Assembly (NCBI GenBank): GCA_964057225.1
Contig: OZ059900.1
Coordinates: 8,184,001-8,248,000 of the forward strand
DNA: 64,000 nt
From: Auanema rhodensis
Lineage: Eukaryota; Animalia; Nematoda
Direction of reading: 5' to 3'
A model generated the notes under the pieces. It had not been told where the DNA came from and searched no databases. It was given only the letters and a program-made list of their open reading frames with translations. Positions 12,301 through 24,100 of this stretch are shown piece after piece. The position numbers and the translations under genes were made by a program. Position 1 is the stretch's first letter, and each line of letters starts with the position of its first letter.

Positions 12301-15300
12301 TGAGATATGGATTTGAAATTCAGGATTTATAAACTTCGACTATTTTTACATATATATGTCCAATTTTAACCACTTTGGTCAAAAAGGACCGAAAATATCA
12401 AGAATTATTGGTTTTTTGGGGTTTGAAGGGCATTTTGGCTAAATCAGTCAAACTTTTGATCTTAAGCATATTTTTTTCTTCTAAAACGACTAAATTCATG
12501 AAATACTGTCATAGAATGTTCATATAGGTGTATTTTGCACGAATGGCAAAACTGATTGAAATATGGGCCTTTTTATGCTCAAAACGCCATATATTCAACG
12601 ATTTTGGGTACAAAACATGTGAAAACTGTATGTTTTGATCAGACCCTTTGAGATATGGATTTGAAATTCAGGATTCATAAACTTTGACTATTTTTACATA
12701 TATATGTTCAATTTTAACCACTTTGGTCGAAAAGGACCGAAAATATCAAGAATTATTGGTTTTTTGGGGTTTGAAGGGCATTTTGGCTAAATCAGTCAAA
12801 CTCTTGATCTTAAGCATATTTTTTTCTTCTAAAACGACTAAATGTATGAAATACTGTCATAGAATGTTCATATAGGTGTATTTTGCACGAATATCAAAAC
12901 TGATTGAAATATGGGCCTTTTTATGCTCAAAACGCCATATATTCAACGATTTTGGGTACAAAACATGTGAAAACTGTATGTTTTGATCAGACCCTTTGAG
13001 ATATGGATTTGAAATTCAGGATTCATAAACTTTGACTATTTTTACATATATATGTCCAATTTTAACCACTTTGGTCAAAAAGGACCGAAAATATCAAGAA
13101 TTATTGGTTTTTTGGGGTTTGAAGGGCATTTTGGCTAAATCAGTCAAACTTTTGATCTTAAGCATATTTTTTTCTTCTAAAACGACTAAATGTATGGAAT
13201 ACTGTCAAAGAATGTTCATATAGGTGTATTTTGCACGAATATCAAAACTGATTGAAATATGGGCCTTTTTATGCTCAAAACGCCATATATTCAACGATTT
13301 TGGGTACAAAACATGTGAAAACTGTATGTTTTGATCAGACCCTTTGAGATATGGATTTGAAATTCAGGATTCATAAACTTCGACTATTTTCACATATATA
13401 TGTTCAATTTTAACCACTTTGGTCAAAAAGGACCGAAAATATCAAGAATTATTGGTTTTTTGGGGTTTGAAGGACATTTTGGCTAAATCAGTCAAACTTT
13501 TGATCTTAAGCATATTTTTTTCTTCTAAAACGACTAAATGTATGAAATACTGTCATAGAATATTCATATAGGTGTATTTTGCACGAATATCAAAACTGAT
13601 TGAAATATGGGCCTTTTTATGCTCAAAACGCCATATATTCAACGATTTTGGGTACAAAACATGTGAAAACTGTATGTTTTGATCAGACCCTTTGAGATAT
13701 GGATTTCAAATTCAGGATTCATAAACTTTGACTATTTTTACATATATATGTCCAGTTTTAACCACTTTGGTCAAAAAGGACCAAAAATATCAAGAATTAT
13801 TGGTTTTTTGGGGTTTGAAGGGCATTTTGGCAAAATCAGTCAAACTTTTGATCTTAAGCATATTTTTTTCTTCTAAAACGACTAAATGTATGAAATACTG
13901 TCAAAGAATGTTCATATAGGTGTATTTTGCACGAATATCAAAACTGATTGAAATATGGGCCTTTTTATGCTCAAAACGCCATATATTCAACGATTTTGGG
14001 TACAAAACATGTGAAAACTGTATGTTTTGATCAGACTCTTTAAGATATGGATTTGAAATTCAGGATTCATAAACTTTGACTATTTTTACATATATATGTT
14101 CAATTTTAACCACTTTGGTCGAAAAGGACCGAAAATATCAAGAATTATTGGTTTTTTGGGGATTGAAGGGCATTTTGGCAAAATCAGTCAAACTTTTGAT
14201 CTTAAGCATATTTTTTTCTTCTAAAACGACTAAATGTATGGAATACTGTCATGGAATGTTGATATAGGTGTATTTTGCACGAATATCGAAACTGATTGAA
14301 ATATGGGCCTTTTTATGCTCAAAACGCCATATATTCAACGATTTTGGGTACAAAACATGTGAAAACTGTATGTTTTGATCAGACCCTTTGAGATATGGAT
14401 TTGAAATTCAGGATTTATAAACTTCGACTATTTTTACATATATATGTCCAATTTTAACCACTTTGGTCAAAAAGGACCGAAAATATCAAGAATTATTGGT
14501 TTTTTGGGGTTTGAAGGGCATTTTGGCTAAATCAGTCAAACTTTTGATCTTAAGCATATTTTTTTCTTCTAAAACGACTAAATTTATGAAATACTGTCAT
14601 AGAATGTTCATATAGGTGTATTTTGCACGAATGGCAAAACTGATTGAAATATGGGCCTTTTTATGCTCAAAACGCCATATATTCAACGATTTTGGGTACA
14701 AAACATGTGAAAACTGTATGTTTTGATCAGACCCTTTGAGATATGGATTTGAAATTCAGGATTCATAAACTTTGACTATTTTTACATATATATGTTCAAT
14801 TTTAACCACTTTGGTCAAAAAGGACCGAAAATATCAAGAATTATTGGTTTTTTGGGGTTTGAAGGGCATTTTGGCAAAATCAGTCAAACTTTTGATCTTA
14901 AGCATATTTTTTTCTTCTAAAACAACTATATGTATGAAATACTGTCATAGAATGTTCATATAGGTGTATTTTGCACGAATATCAAAACTGATTGAAATAT
15001 GGGCCTTTTTATGCTCAAAACGCCATATATTCAACGATTTTGGGTACAAAACATGTGAAAACTGTATGTTTTGATCAGACCCTTTGAGATATGGATTTGA
15101 AATTCAGGATTCATAAACTTTGACTATTTTTACATATATATGTCCAATTTTAACCACTTTGGTCAAAAAGGACCGAAAATATCAAGAATTATTGGTTTTT
15201 TGGGGTTTGAAGGGCATTTTGGCTAAATCAGTCAAACTTTTGATCTTAAGCATATTTTTTTCTTCTAAAACGACTAAATGTATGAAATACTGTCATAGAA

Positions 15301-18300
15301 TGTTCATATAGGTGTATTTTGCACGAATATCAAAACTGATTGAAATATGGGCCTTTTTATGCTCAAAACGCCATATATTCAACGATTTTGGGTACAAAAC
15401 ATGTGAAAACTGTATGTTTTGATCAGACTCTTTGAGATATGGATTTGAAATTCAGGATTCATAAACTTTGACTATTTTTACATATATATGTTCAATTTTA
15501 ACCACTTTGGTCAAAAAGGACCGAAAATATCAAGAATTATTGGTTTTTTGGGGATTGAAGGGCATTTTGGCAAAATCAGTCAAACTTTTGATCTTAAGCA
15601 TATTTTTTTCTTCTAAAACGACTAAATGTATGGAATACTGTCATAGAATGTTCATATAGGTGTATTTTGCACGAATATCAAAACTGATTGAAATATGGGC
15701 CTTTTTATGCTCAAAACGCCATATATTCAACGATTTTGGGTACAAAACATGTGAAAACTGTATGTTTTGATCAGACCCTTTGAGATATGGATTTGAAATT
15801 CAGGATTTATAAACTTCGACTATTTTTACATATATATGTCCAATTTTAACCACTTTGGTCAAAAAGGACCGAAAATATCAAGAATTATTGGTTTTTTGGG
15901 GTTTGAAGGGCATTTTGGCTAAATCAGTCAAACTTTTGATCTTAAGCATATTTTTTTCTTCTAAAACGACTAAATTTATGAAATACTGTCATAGAATGTT
16001 CATATAGGTGTATTTTGCACGAATGGCAAAACTGATTGAAATATGGGCCTTTTTATGCTCAAAACGCCATATATTCAACGATTTTGGGTACAAAACATGT
16101 GAAAACTGTATGTTTTGATCAGACCCTTTGAGATATGGATTTGAAATTCAGGATTCATAAACTTTGACTATTTTTACATATATATGTTCAATTTTAACCA
16201 CTTTGGTCAAAAAGGACCGAAAATATCAAGAATTATTGGTTTTTTGGGGTTTGAAGGGCATTTTGGCAAAATCAGTCAAACTTTTGATCTTAAGCATATT
16301 TTTTTCTTCTAAAACAACTATATGTATGAAATACTGTCATAGAATGTTCATATAGGTGTATTTTGCACGAATATCAAAACTGATTGAAATATGGGCCTTT
16401 TTATGCTCAAAACGCCATATATTCAACGATTTTGGGTACAAAACATGTGAAAACTGTATGTTTTGATCAGACCCTTTGAGATATGGATTTGAAATTCAGG
16501 ATTCATAAACTTTGACTATTTTTACATATATATGTCCAATTTTAACCACTTTGGTCAAAAAGGACCGAAAATATCAAGAATTATTGGTTTTTTGGGGTTT
16601 GAAGGGCATTTTGGCTAAATCAGTCAAACTTTTGATCTTAAGCATATTTTTTTCTTCTAAAACGACTAAATGTATGGAATACTGTCATAGAATCTTGATA
16701 TAAGTGTATTTTGCACGAATATCAAAACTGATTGAAATATGGGCCTTTTTATGCTCAGAACGCCATATATTCAACGATTTTGGGTACAAAACATGTGAAA
16801 ACTGTATGTTTTGATCAGACCCTTTGAGATATGGATTTGAAATTCAGGATTCATAAACTTCGACTATTTTCACATATATATGTTCAATTTTAACCACTTT
16901 GGTCAAAAAGGACCGAAAATATCAAGAATTATTGGTTTTTTGGGGTTTGAAGGACATTTTGGCTAAATCAGTCAAACTTTTGATCTTAAGCATATTTTTT
17001 TCTTCTAAAACGACTAAATGTATGAAATACTGTCATAGAATGTTCATATAGGTGTATTTTGCACGAATATCAAAACTGATTGAAATATGGGCCTTTTTAT
17101 GCTCAAAACGCCATATATTCAACGATTTTGGGTACAAAACATGTGAAAACTGTATGTTTTGATCAGACCCTTTGAGATATGGATTTCAAATTCAGGATTC
17201 ATAAACTTTGACTATTTTTACATATATATGTCCAGTTTTAACCACTTTGGTCAAAAAGGACCGAAAATATCAAGAATTATTGGTTTTTTGGGGTTTGAAG
17301 GGCATTTTGGCAAAATCAGTCAAACTTTTGATCTTAAGCATATTTTTTTCTTCTAAAACGACTAAATGTATGAAATACTGTCAAAGAATGTTCATATAGG
17401 TGTATTTTGCACGAATATCAAAACTGATTGAAATATGGGCCTTTTTATGCTCAAAACGCCATATATTCAACGATTTTGGGTACAAAACATGTGAAAACTG
17501 TATGTTTTGATCAGACTCTTTGAGATATGGATTTGAAATTCAGGATTCATAAACTTTGACTATTTTTACATATATATGTTCAATTTTAACCACTTTGGTC
17601 AAAAAGGACCGAAAATATCAAGAATTATTGGTTTTTTGGGGATTGAAGGGCATTTTGGCAAAATCAGTCAAACTTTTGATCTTAAGCATATTTTTTTCTT
17701 CTAAAACGACTAAATGTATGGAATACTGTCATAGAATGTTGATATAGGTGTATTTTGCACGAATATCGAAACTGATTGAAATATGGGCCTTTTTATGCTT
17801 AAAACGCCATATATTCAACGATTTTGGGTACAAAACATGTGAAAACTGTATGTTTTGATCAGACTCTTTGAGATATGGATTTGAAATTCAGGATTCATAA
17901 ACTTTGACTATTTTTACATATATATGTTCAATTTTAACCACTTTGGTCAAAAAGGACCGAAAATATCAAGAATTATTGGTTTTTTGGGGATTGAAGGGCA
18001 TTTTGGCAAAATCAGTCAAACTTTTGATCTTAAGCATATTTTTTTCTTCTAAAACGACTAAATGTATGGAATACTGTCATAGAATGTTGATATAGGTGTA
18101 TTTTGCACGAATATCGAAACTGATTGAAATATGGGCCTTTTTATGCTTAAAACGCCATATATTCAACGATTTTGGGTACAAAACATGTGAAAACTGTATG
18201 TTTTGATCAGACTCTTTGAGATATGGATTTGAAATTCAGGATTCATAAACTTTGACTATTTTTACATATATATGTTCAATTTTAACCACTTTGGTCAAAA

Positions 18301-21300
18301 AGGACCGAAAATATCAAGAATTATTGGTTTTTTGGGGATTGAAGGGCATTTTGGCAAAATCAGTCAAACTTTTGATCTTAAGCATATTTTTTTCTTCTAA
18401 AACGACTAAATGTATGGAATACTGTCATAGAATGTTGATATAGGTGTATTTTGCACGAATATCGAAACTGATTGAAATATGGGCCTTTTTATGCTCAAAA
18501 CGCCATATATTCAACGATTTTGGGTACAAAACATGTGAAAACTGTATGTTTTGATCAGACCCTTTGAGATATGGATTTGAAATTCAGGATTTATAAACTT
18601 CGACTATTTTTACATATATATGTCCAATTTTAACCACTTTGGTCAAAAAGGACCGAAAATATCAAGAATTATTGGTTTTTTGGGGTTTGAAGGGCATTTT
18701 GGCTAAATCAGTCAAACTTTTGATCTTAAGCATATTTTTTTCTTCTAAAACGACTAAATTTATGAAATACTGTCATAGAATGTTCATATAGGTGTATTTT
18801 GCACGAATGGCAAAACTGATTGAAATATGGGCCTTTTTATGCTCAAAACGCCATATATTCAACGATTTTGGGTACAAAACATGTGAAAACTGTATGTTTT
18901 TATCAGACCCTTTGAGATATGGATTTGAAATTCAGGATTCATAAACTTTGACTATTTTCACATATATATGTTCAATTTTAACCACTTTGGTCAAAAAGGA
19001 CCGAAAATATCAAGAATTATTGGTTTTTTGGGGTTTGAAGGACATTTTGGCTAAATCAGTCAAACTTTTGATCTTAAGCATATTTTTTTCTTCTAAAACG
19101 ACTAAATGTATGGAATACTGTCATAGAATCTTGATATAAGTGTATTTTGCACGAATATCAAAACTGATTGAAATATGGGCCTTTTTATGCTCAAAACGCC
19201 ATATATTCAACGATTTTGGGTACAAAACATGTGAAAACTGTATGTTTTGATCAGACCCTTTGAGATATGGATTTGAAATTCAGGATTCATAAACTTCGAC
19301 TATTTTCACATATATATGTTCAATTTTAACCACTTTGGTCAAAAAGGACCGAAAATATCAAGAATTATTGGTTTTTTGGGGTTTGAAGGACATTTTGGCT
19401 AAATCAGTCAAACTTTTGATCTTAAGCATATTTTTTTCTTCTAAAACGACTAAATGTATGAAATACTGTCATAGAATGTTCATATAGGTGTATTTTGCAC
19501 GAATATCAAAACTGATTGAAATATGGGCCTTTTTATGCTCAAAACGCCATATATTCAACGATTTTGGGTACAAAACATGTGAAAACTGTATGTTTTGATC
19601 AGACCCTTTGAGATATGGATTTCAAATTCAGGATTCATAAACTTTGACTATTTTTACATATATATGTCCAGTTTTAACCACTTTGGTCAAAAAGGACCGA
19701 AAATATCAAGAATTATTGGTTTTTTGGGGTTTGAAGGGCATTTTGGCTAAATCAGTCAAACTTTTGATCTTAAGCATATTTTTTTCTTCTAAAACGACTA
19801 AATTTATGAAATACTGTCATAGAATGTTCATATAGGTGTATTTTGCACGAATGGCAAAACTGATTGAAATATGGGCCTTTTTATGCTCAAAACGCCATAT
19901 ATTCAACGATTTTGGGTACAAAACATGTGAAAACTGTATGTTTTGATCAGACCCTTTGAGATATGGATTTGAAATTCAGGATTTATAAACTTTGACTATT
20001 TTTACATATATATGTCCAGTTTTAACCACTTTGGTCAAAAAGGACCGAAAATATCAAGAATTATTGGTTTTTTGGGGATTGAAGGGCATTTTGGCAAAAT
20101 CAGTCAAACTTTTGATCTTAAGCATATTTTTTTCTTCTAAAACGACTAAATGTATGGAATACTGTCATAGAATGTTGATATAGGTGTATTTTGCACGAAT
20201 ATCGAAACTGATTGAAATATGGGCCTTTTTATGCTCAAAACGCCATATATTCAACGATTTTGGGTACAAAACATGTGAAAACTGTATGTTTTGATCAGAC
20301 CCTTTGAGATATGGATTTGAAATTCAGGATTTATAAACTTCGACTATTTTTACATATATATGTCCAATTTTAACCACTTTGGTCAAAAAGGACCGAAAAT
20401 ATCAAGAATTATTGGTTTTTTGGGGTTTGAAGGGCATTTTGGCTAAATCAGTCAAACTTTTGATCTTAAGCATATTTTTTTCTTCTAAAACGACTAAATT
20501 TATGAAATACTGTCATAGAATGTTCATATAGGTGTATTTTGCACGAATGGCAAAACTGATTGAAATATGGGCCTTTTTATGCTCAAAACGCCATATATTC
20601 AACGATTTTGGGTACAAAACATGTGAAAACTGTATGTTTTGATCAGACCCTTTGAGATATGGATTTGAAATTCAGGATTCATAAACTTTGACTATTTTTA
20701 CATATATATGTTCAATTTTAACCACTTTGGTCAAAAAGGACCGAAAATATCAAGAATTATTGGTTTTTTGGGGTTTGAAGGGCATTTTGGCAAAATCAGT
20801 CAAACTTTTGATCTTAAGCATATTTTTTTCTTCTCAAACGACTAAATGTATGAAATACTGTCATAGAATGTTCATATAGGTGTATTTTGCACGAATGGCA
20901 AAACTGATTGAAATATGGGCCTTTTTATGCTCAAAACGCCATATATTCAACGATTTTGGGTACAAAACATGTGAAAACTGTATGTTTTGATCAGACCCTT
21001 TGAGATATGGATTTGAAATTCAGGATTCATAAACTTTGACTATTTTCACATATATATGTTCAATTTTAACCACTTTGGTCAAAAAGGACCGAAAATATCA
21101 AGAATTATTGGTTTTTTGGGGTTTGAAGGACATTTTGGCTAAATCAGTCAAACTTTTGATCTTAAGCATATTTTTTTCTTCTAAAACGACTAAATGTATG
21201 GAATACTGTCATAGAATCTTGATATAAGTGTTATTTGCACGAATATCAAAACTGATTGAAATATGGGCCTTTTTATGCTCAGAACGCCATATATTCAACG

Positions 21301-22792
21301 ATTTTGGGTACAAAACATGTGAAAACTGTATGTTTTGATCAGACCCTTTGAGATATGGATTTGAAATTCAGGATTCATAAACTTCGACTATTTTCACATA
21401 TATATGTTCAATTTTAACAACTTTGGTCAAAAAGGACCGAAAATATCAAGAATTATTGGTTTTTTGGGGTTTGAAGGACATTTTGGCTAAATCAGTCAAA
21501 CTTTTGATCTTAAGCATATTTTTTTCTTCTAAAACGACTAAATGTATGAAATACTGTCATAGAATGTTCATATAGGTGTATTTTGCACGAATATCAAAAC
21601 TGATTGAAATATGGGCCTTTTTATGCTCAAAACGCCATATATTCAACGATTTTGGGTACAAAACATGTGAAAACTGTATGTTTTGATCAGACCCTTTGAG
21701 ATATGGATTTCAAATTCAGGATTCATAAACTTTGACTATTTTTACATATATATGTCCAGTTTTAACCACTTTGGTCAAAAAGGACCGAAAATATCAAGAA
21801 TTATTGGTTTTTTGGGGTTTGAAGGGCATTTTGGCAAAATCAGTCAAACTTTTGATCTTAAGCATATTTTTTTCTTCTAAAACGACTAAATGTATGAAAT
21901 ACTGTCAAAGAATGTTCATATAGGTGTATTTTGCACGAATATCAAAACTGATTGAAATATGGGCCTTTTTATGCTCAAAACGCCATATATTCAACGATTT
22001 TGGGTACAAAACATGTGAAAACTGTATGTTTTGATCAGACTCTTTGAGATATGGATTTGAAATTCAGGATTCATAAACTTTGACTATTTTTACATATATA
22101 TGTTCAATTTTAACCACTTTGGTCAAAAAGGACCGAAAATATCAAGAATTATTGGTTTTTTGGGGATTGAAGGGCATTTTGGCAAAATCAGTCAAACTTT
22201 TGATCTTAAGCATATTTTTTTCTTCTAAAACGACTAAATGTATGGAATACTGTCATAGAATGTTGATATAGGTGTATTTTGCACGAATATCGAAACTGAT
22301 TGAAATATGGGCCTTTTTATGCTTAAAACGCCATATATTCAACGATTTTGGGTACAAAACATGTGAAAACTGTATGTTTTGATCAGACTCTTTGAGATAT
22401 GGATTTGAAATTCAGGATTCATAAACTTTGACTATTTTTACATATATATGTTCAATTTTAACCACTTTGGTCAAAAAGGACCGAAAATATCAAGAATTAT
22501 TGGTTTTTTGGGGATTGAAGGGCATTTTGGCAAAATCAGTCAAACTTTTGATCTTAAGCATATTTTTTTCTTCTAAAACGACTAAATGTATGGAATACTG
22601 TCATAGAATGTTGATATAGGTGTATTTTGCACGAATATCGAAACTGATTGAAATATGGGCCTTTTTATGCTTAAAACGCCATATATTCAACGATTTTGGG
22701 TACAAAACATGTGAAAACTGTATGTTTTGATCAGACTCTTTGAGATATGGATTTGAAATTCAGGATTCATAAACTTTGACTATTTTTACATA

Positions 22793-22794
22793 TA
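22793..22794. other. TA target-site duplication, left copy (right copy 24101-24102)
   Basis: Empty monomers read CATATATATG. Here the flanks read CATATA-[element]-TATATG, i.e. one extra TA, the hallmark TSD of Tc1/mariner elements. Confidence 0.95.
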
Positions 22795-22822
22795 CAGGGT
22801 GGCGCTTAAGTATGTTCGCAAA
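22795..22822 (+). repeat. Left terminal inverted repeat (28 bp) CAGGGTGGCGCTTAAGTATGTTCGCAAA
   Basis: Exact reverse complement of 24073-24100; immediately preceded by TA. Confidence 0.97.
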
Positions 22823-22952
22823 AATTAAAGTGCGAATTTTTCAAATAGTTGACCTTATATTCCAAAACAAACAAAATATTAATATTAAAAACATCCAAAT
22901 AAAGATTTAAAATTGAAAAAAAAGTTATTTAAATATTATATTCCTTGACAAT

Positions 22953-23987
22953 ATGAAGCCTTCGCCTCATAGACCCTCCATCGCCAGACTTCATGATCTG
23001 GGCTATCGTGCCTGTGATATTGCTAAGCAGCTGAATCTCAACCGAAGAACAGTTGAGAAGATCATCAAGCAATACAGAGAAAGAGGAAGTGTTGAACCTC
23101 TTAAAAAAACAGGAAGACCACGAACCATCAACGTTCCGAAGATGAGAAAAATCATTAAGAAGAGGATTCAAAGGAATAACGAGCTCAGTCTCAACAAATT
23201 GAGTTCAAGCCTCAACATCTCAAGAAGGACTGTTCAACGGATCGTCAAAAATGAGTTGGAGCTTCACAGTTATCGCCTCACTCGCTCACATCATCTGACT
23301 GAGAATGCCATGAAGAACAGGCTGGAAAAAGCTAAGAAGCTGCTTCACGAAATCAAAGAGGGCCGCTTGATCAACGTGTTATGGACTGATGAGAAAATTT
23401 TCACTGTTGAGCCATGTGAAAATCCACAAAACCACCGTCAACTTTTGAAGCAGAATCAGAAAAAAAGAGGAGATGTTAAAATAGTTGGAAGAAAACTATT
23501 CAGTTCCTCGGTGATGGTTTGGGCCGGTGTTACAATGGAGAAGAAGACACCTCTGATTTTCATCGAAAGAAACACGAAAATTAACGCCAAAACCTATCAA
23601 GACGAGGTTTTATCGGCTGTGCTACTTCCCTGGATGCAAGAGAACTTCAGAAACAACAGCATGATTCTCCAACAGGATTGGGCTCCAGCCCATGGAGCCA
23701 AGACAACAATTCGCTTCTGCGAAGAGCACTTTCCAGGTTTCTGGAACAAGTCTTCATGGCCATCTAACTCGCCAGACCTCAATCCCATGGACTTCTCTGT
23801 TTGGTCATGTTTAGAAGAAGCCATCAGAATCAAAACAATCCAATCAGTTGATCATCTCAAACAAGAATTACTACTAGCTTGGGACAAAATTGATGAAACA
23901 TATCTGCGGGCCACGGTTGGATCAATAGAGCGGAGACTGAAAGCTTGCATCAAAGCAAAAGGCGGACATTTCGAACATATCTTATAA
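22953..23987 (+). CDS. Tc1/mariner-type transposase, DD37D (maT) family, 344 aa, intronless
   Basis: ATG start. N-terminal HTH-like segment (DIAKQLNLNRRTVEKIIK), GRPR linker, and second HTH-like segment (SLNKLSSSLNISRRTVQRIVK). Catalytic motifs WTDEK (D146), QQDWAPAH (D242) and WPSNSPDLNPMD (D280), with 37 residues between D242 and D280. VMVWAG motif and C-terminal GGHFE. Confidence 0.96.
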   Translation: MKPSPHRPSIARLHDLGYRACDIAKQLNLNRRTVEKIIKQYRERGSVEPLKKTGRPRTINVPKMRKIIKKRIQRNNELSLNKLSSSLNISRRTVQRIVKNELELHSYRLTRSHHLTENAMKNRLEKAKKLLHEIKEGRLINVLWTDEKIFTVEPCENPQNHRQLLKQNQKKRGDVKIVGRKLFSSSVMVWAGVTMEKKTPLIFIERNTKINAKTYQDEVLSAVLLPWMQENFRNNSMILQQDWAPAHGAKTTIRFCEEHFPGFWNKSSWPSNSPDLNPMDFSVWSCLEEAIRIKTIQSVDHLKQELLLAWDKIDETYLRATVGSIERRLKACIKAKGGHFEHIL

Positions 23988-24019
23988 TTTTAGTACTGGT
24001 ATAATATGTTTTGGTTGTT

Positions 24020-24025
24020 AATAAA
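24020..24025 (+). promoter_or_regulatory. Candidate polyadenylation signal AATAAA of the transposase transcript
   Basis: AATAAA 32 nt after the stop codon, followed by T/GT-rich sequence, inside the element. The region is AT-rich, so chance occurrence is possible. Confidence 0.45.
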
Positions 24026-24072
24026 ATTTGGTGACAATTTGTTTAATTTTGAACTACTTATGATTGAATTCA

Positions 24073-24100
24073 TTTGCGAACATACTTAAGCGCCACCCTG
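24073..24100 (-). repeat. Right terminal inverted repeat (28 bp) TTTGCGAACATACTTAAGCGCCACCCTG
   Basis: Exact reverse complement of 22795-22822; immediately followed by TA. Confidence 0.97.

Larger units (their letters stand above)
1..22794. repeat. 348-bp satellite tandem array, left segment (~65.5 monomers; continues beyond window start)
   Basis: The unit starting GTGTATTTTGCACGAAT recurs at 1, 348, 696, 1044 and so on. The ORF track repeats on an exact 348-bp grid. Copies differ only by a few substitutions, except the first unit, which is 347 bp (one T fewer near 165). Confidence 0.99.
22795..24100 (+). mobile_element. Full-length Tc1/mariner-superfamily DNA transposon, DD37D (maT) family, 1306 bp, probably autonomous
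   Basis: Perfect 28-bp TIRs, TA duplicated on both sides (22793-22794 and 24101-24102), a single uninterrupted transposase ORF, and an empty site reconstructable from neighbouring monomers. Confidence 0.97.

Noticed and set aside
22929-23833. 80-aa and 78-aa ORFs antisense to the transposase
   Set aside because: Short shadow ORFs opposite a real CDS, with no recognisable motifs.
22953-23987. Bacterial IS630 or Tc1 DD34E / mariner DD34D assignment
   Set aside because: The third catalytic residue is D with a 37-residue spacing, and the context is a eukaryote-type satellite.
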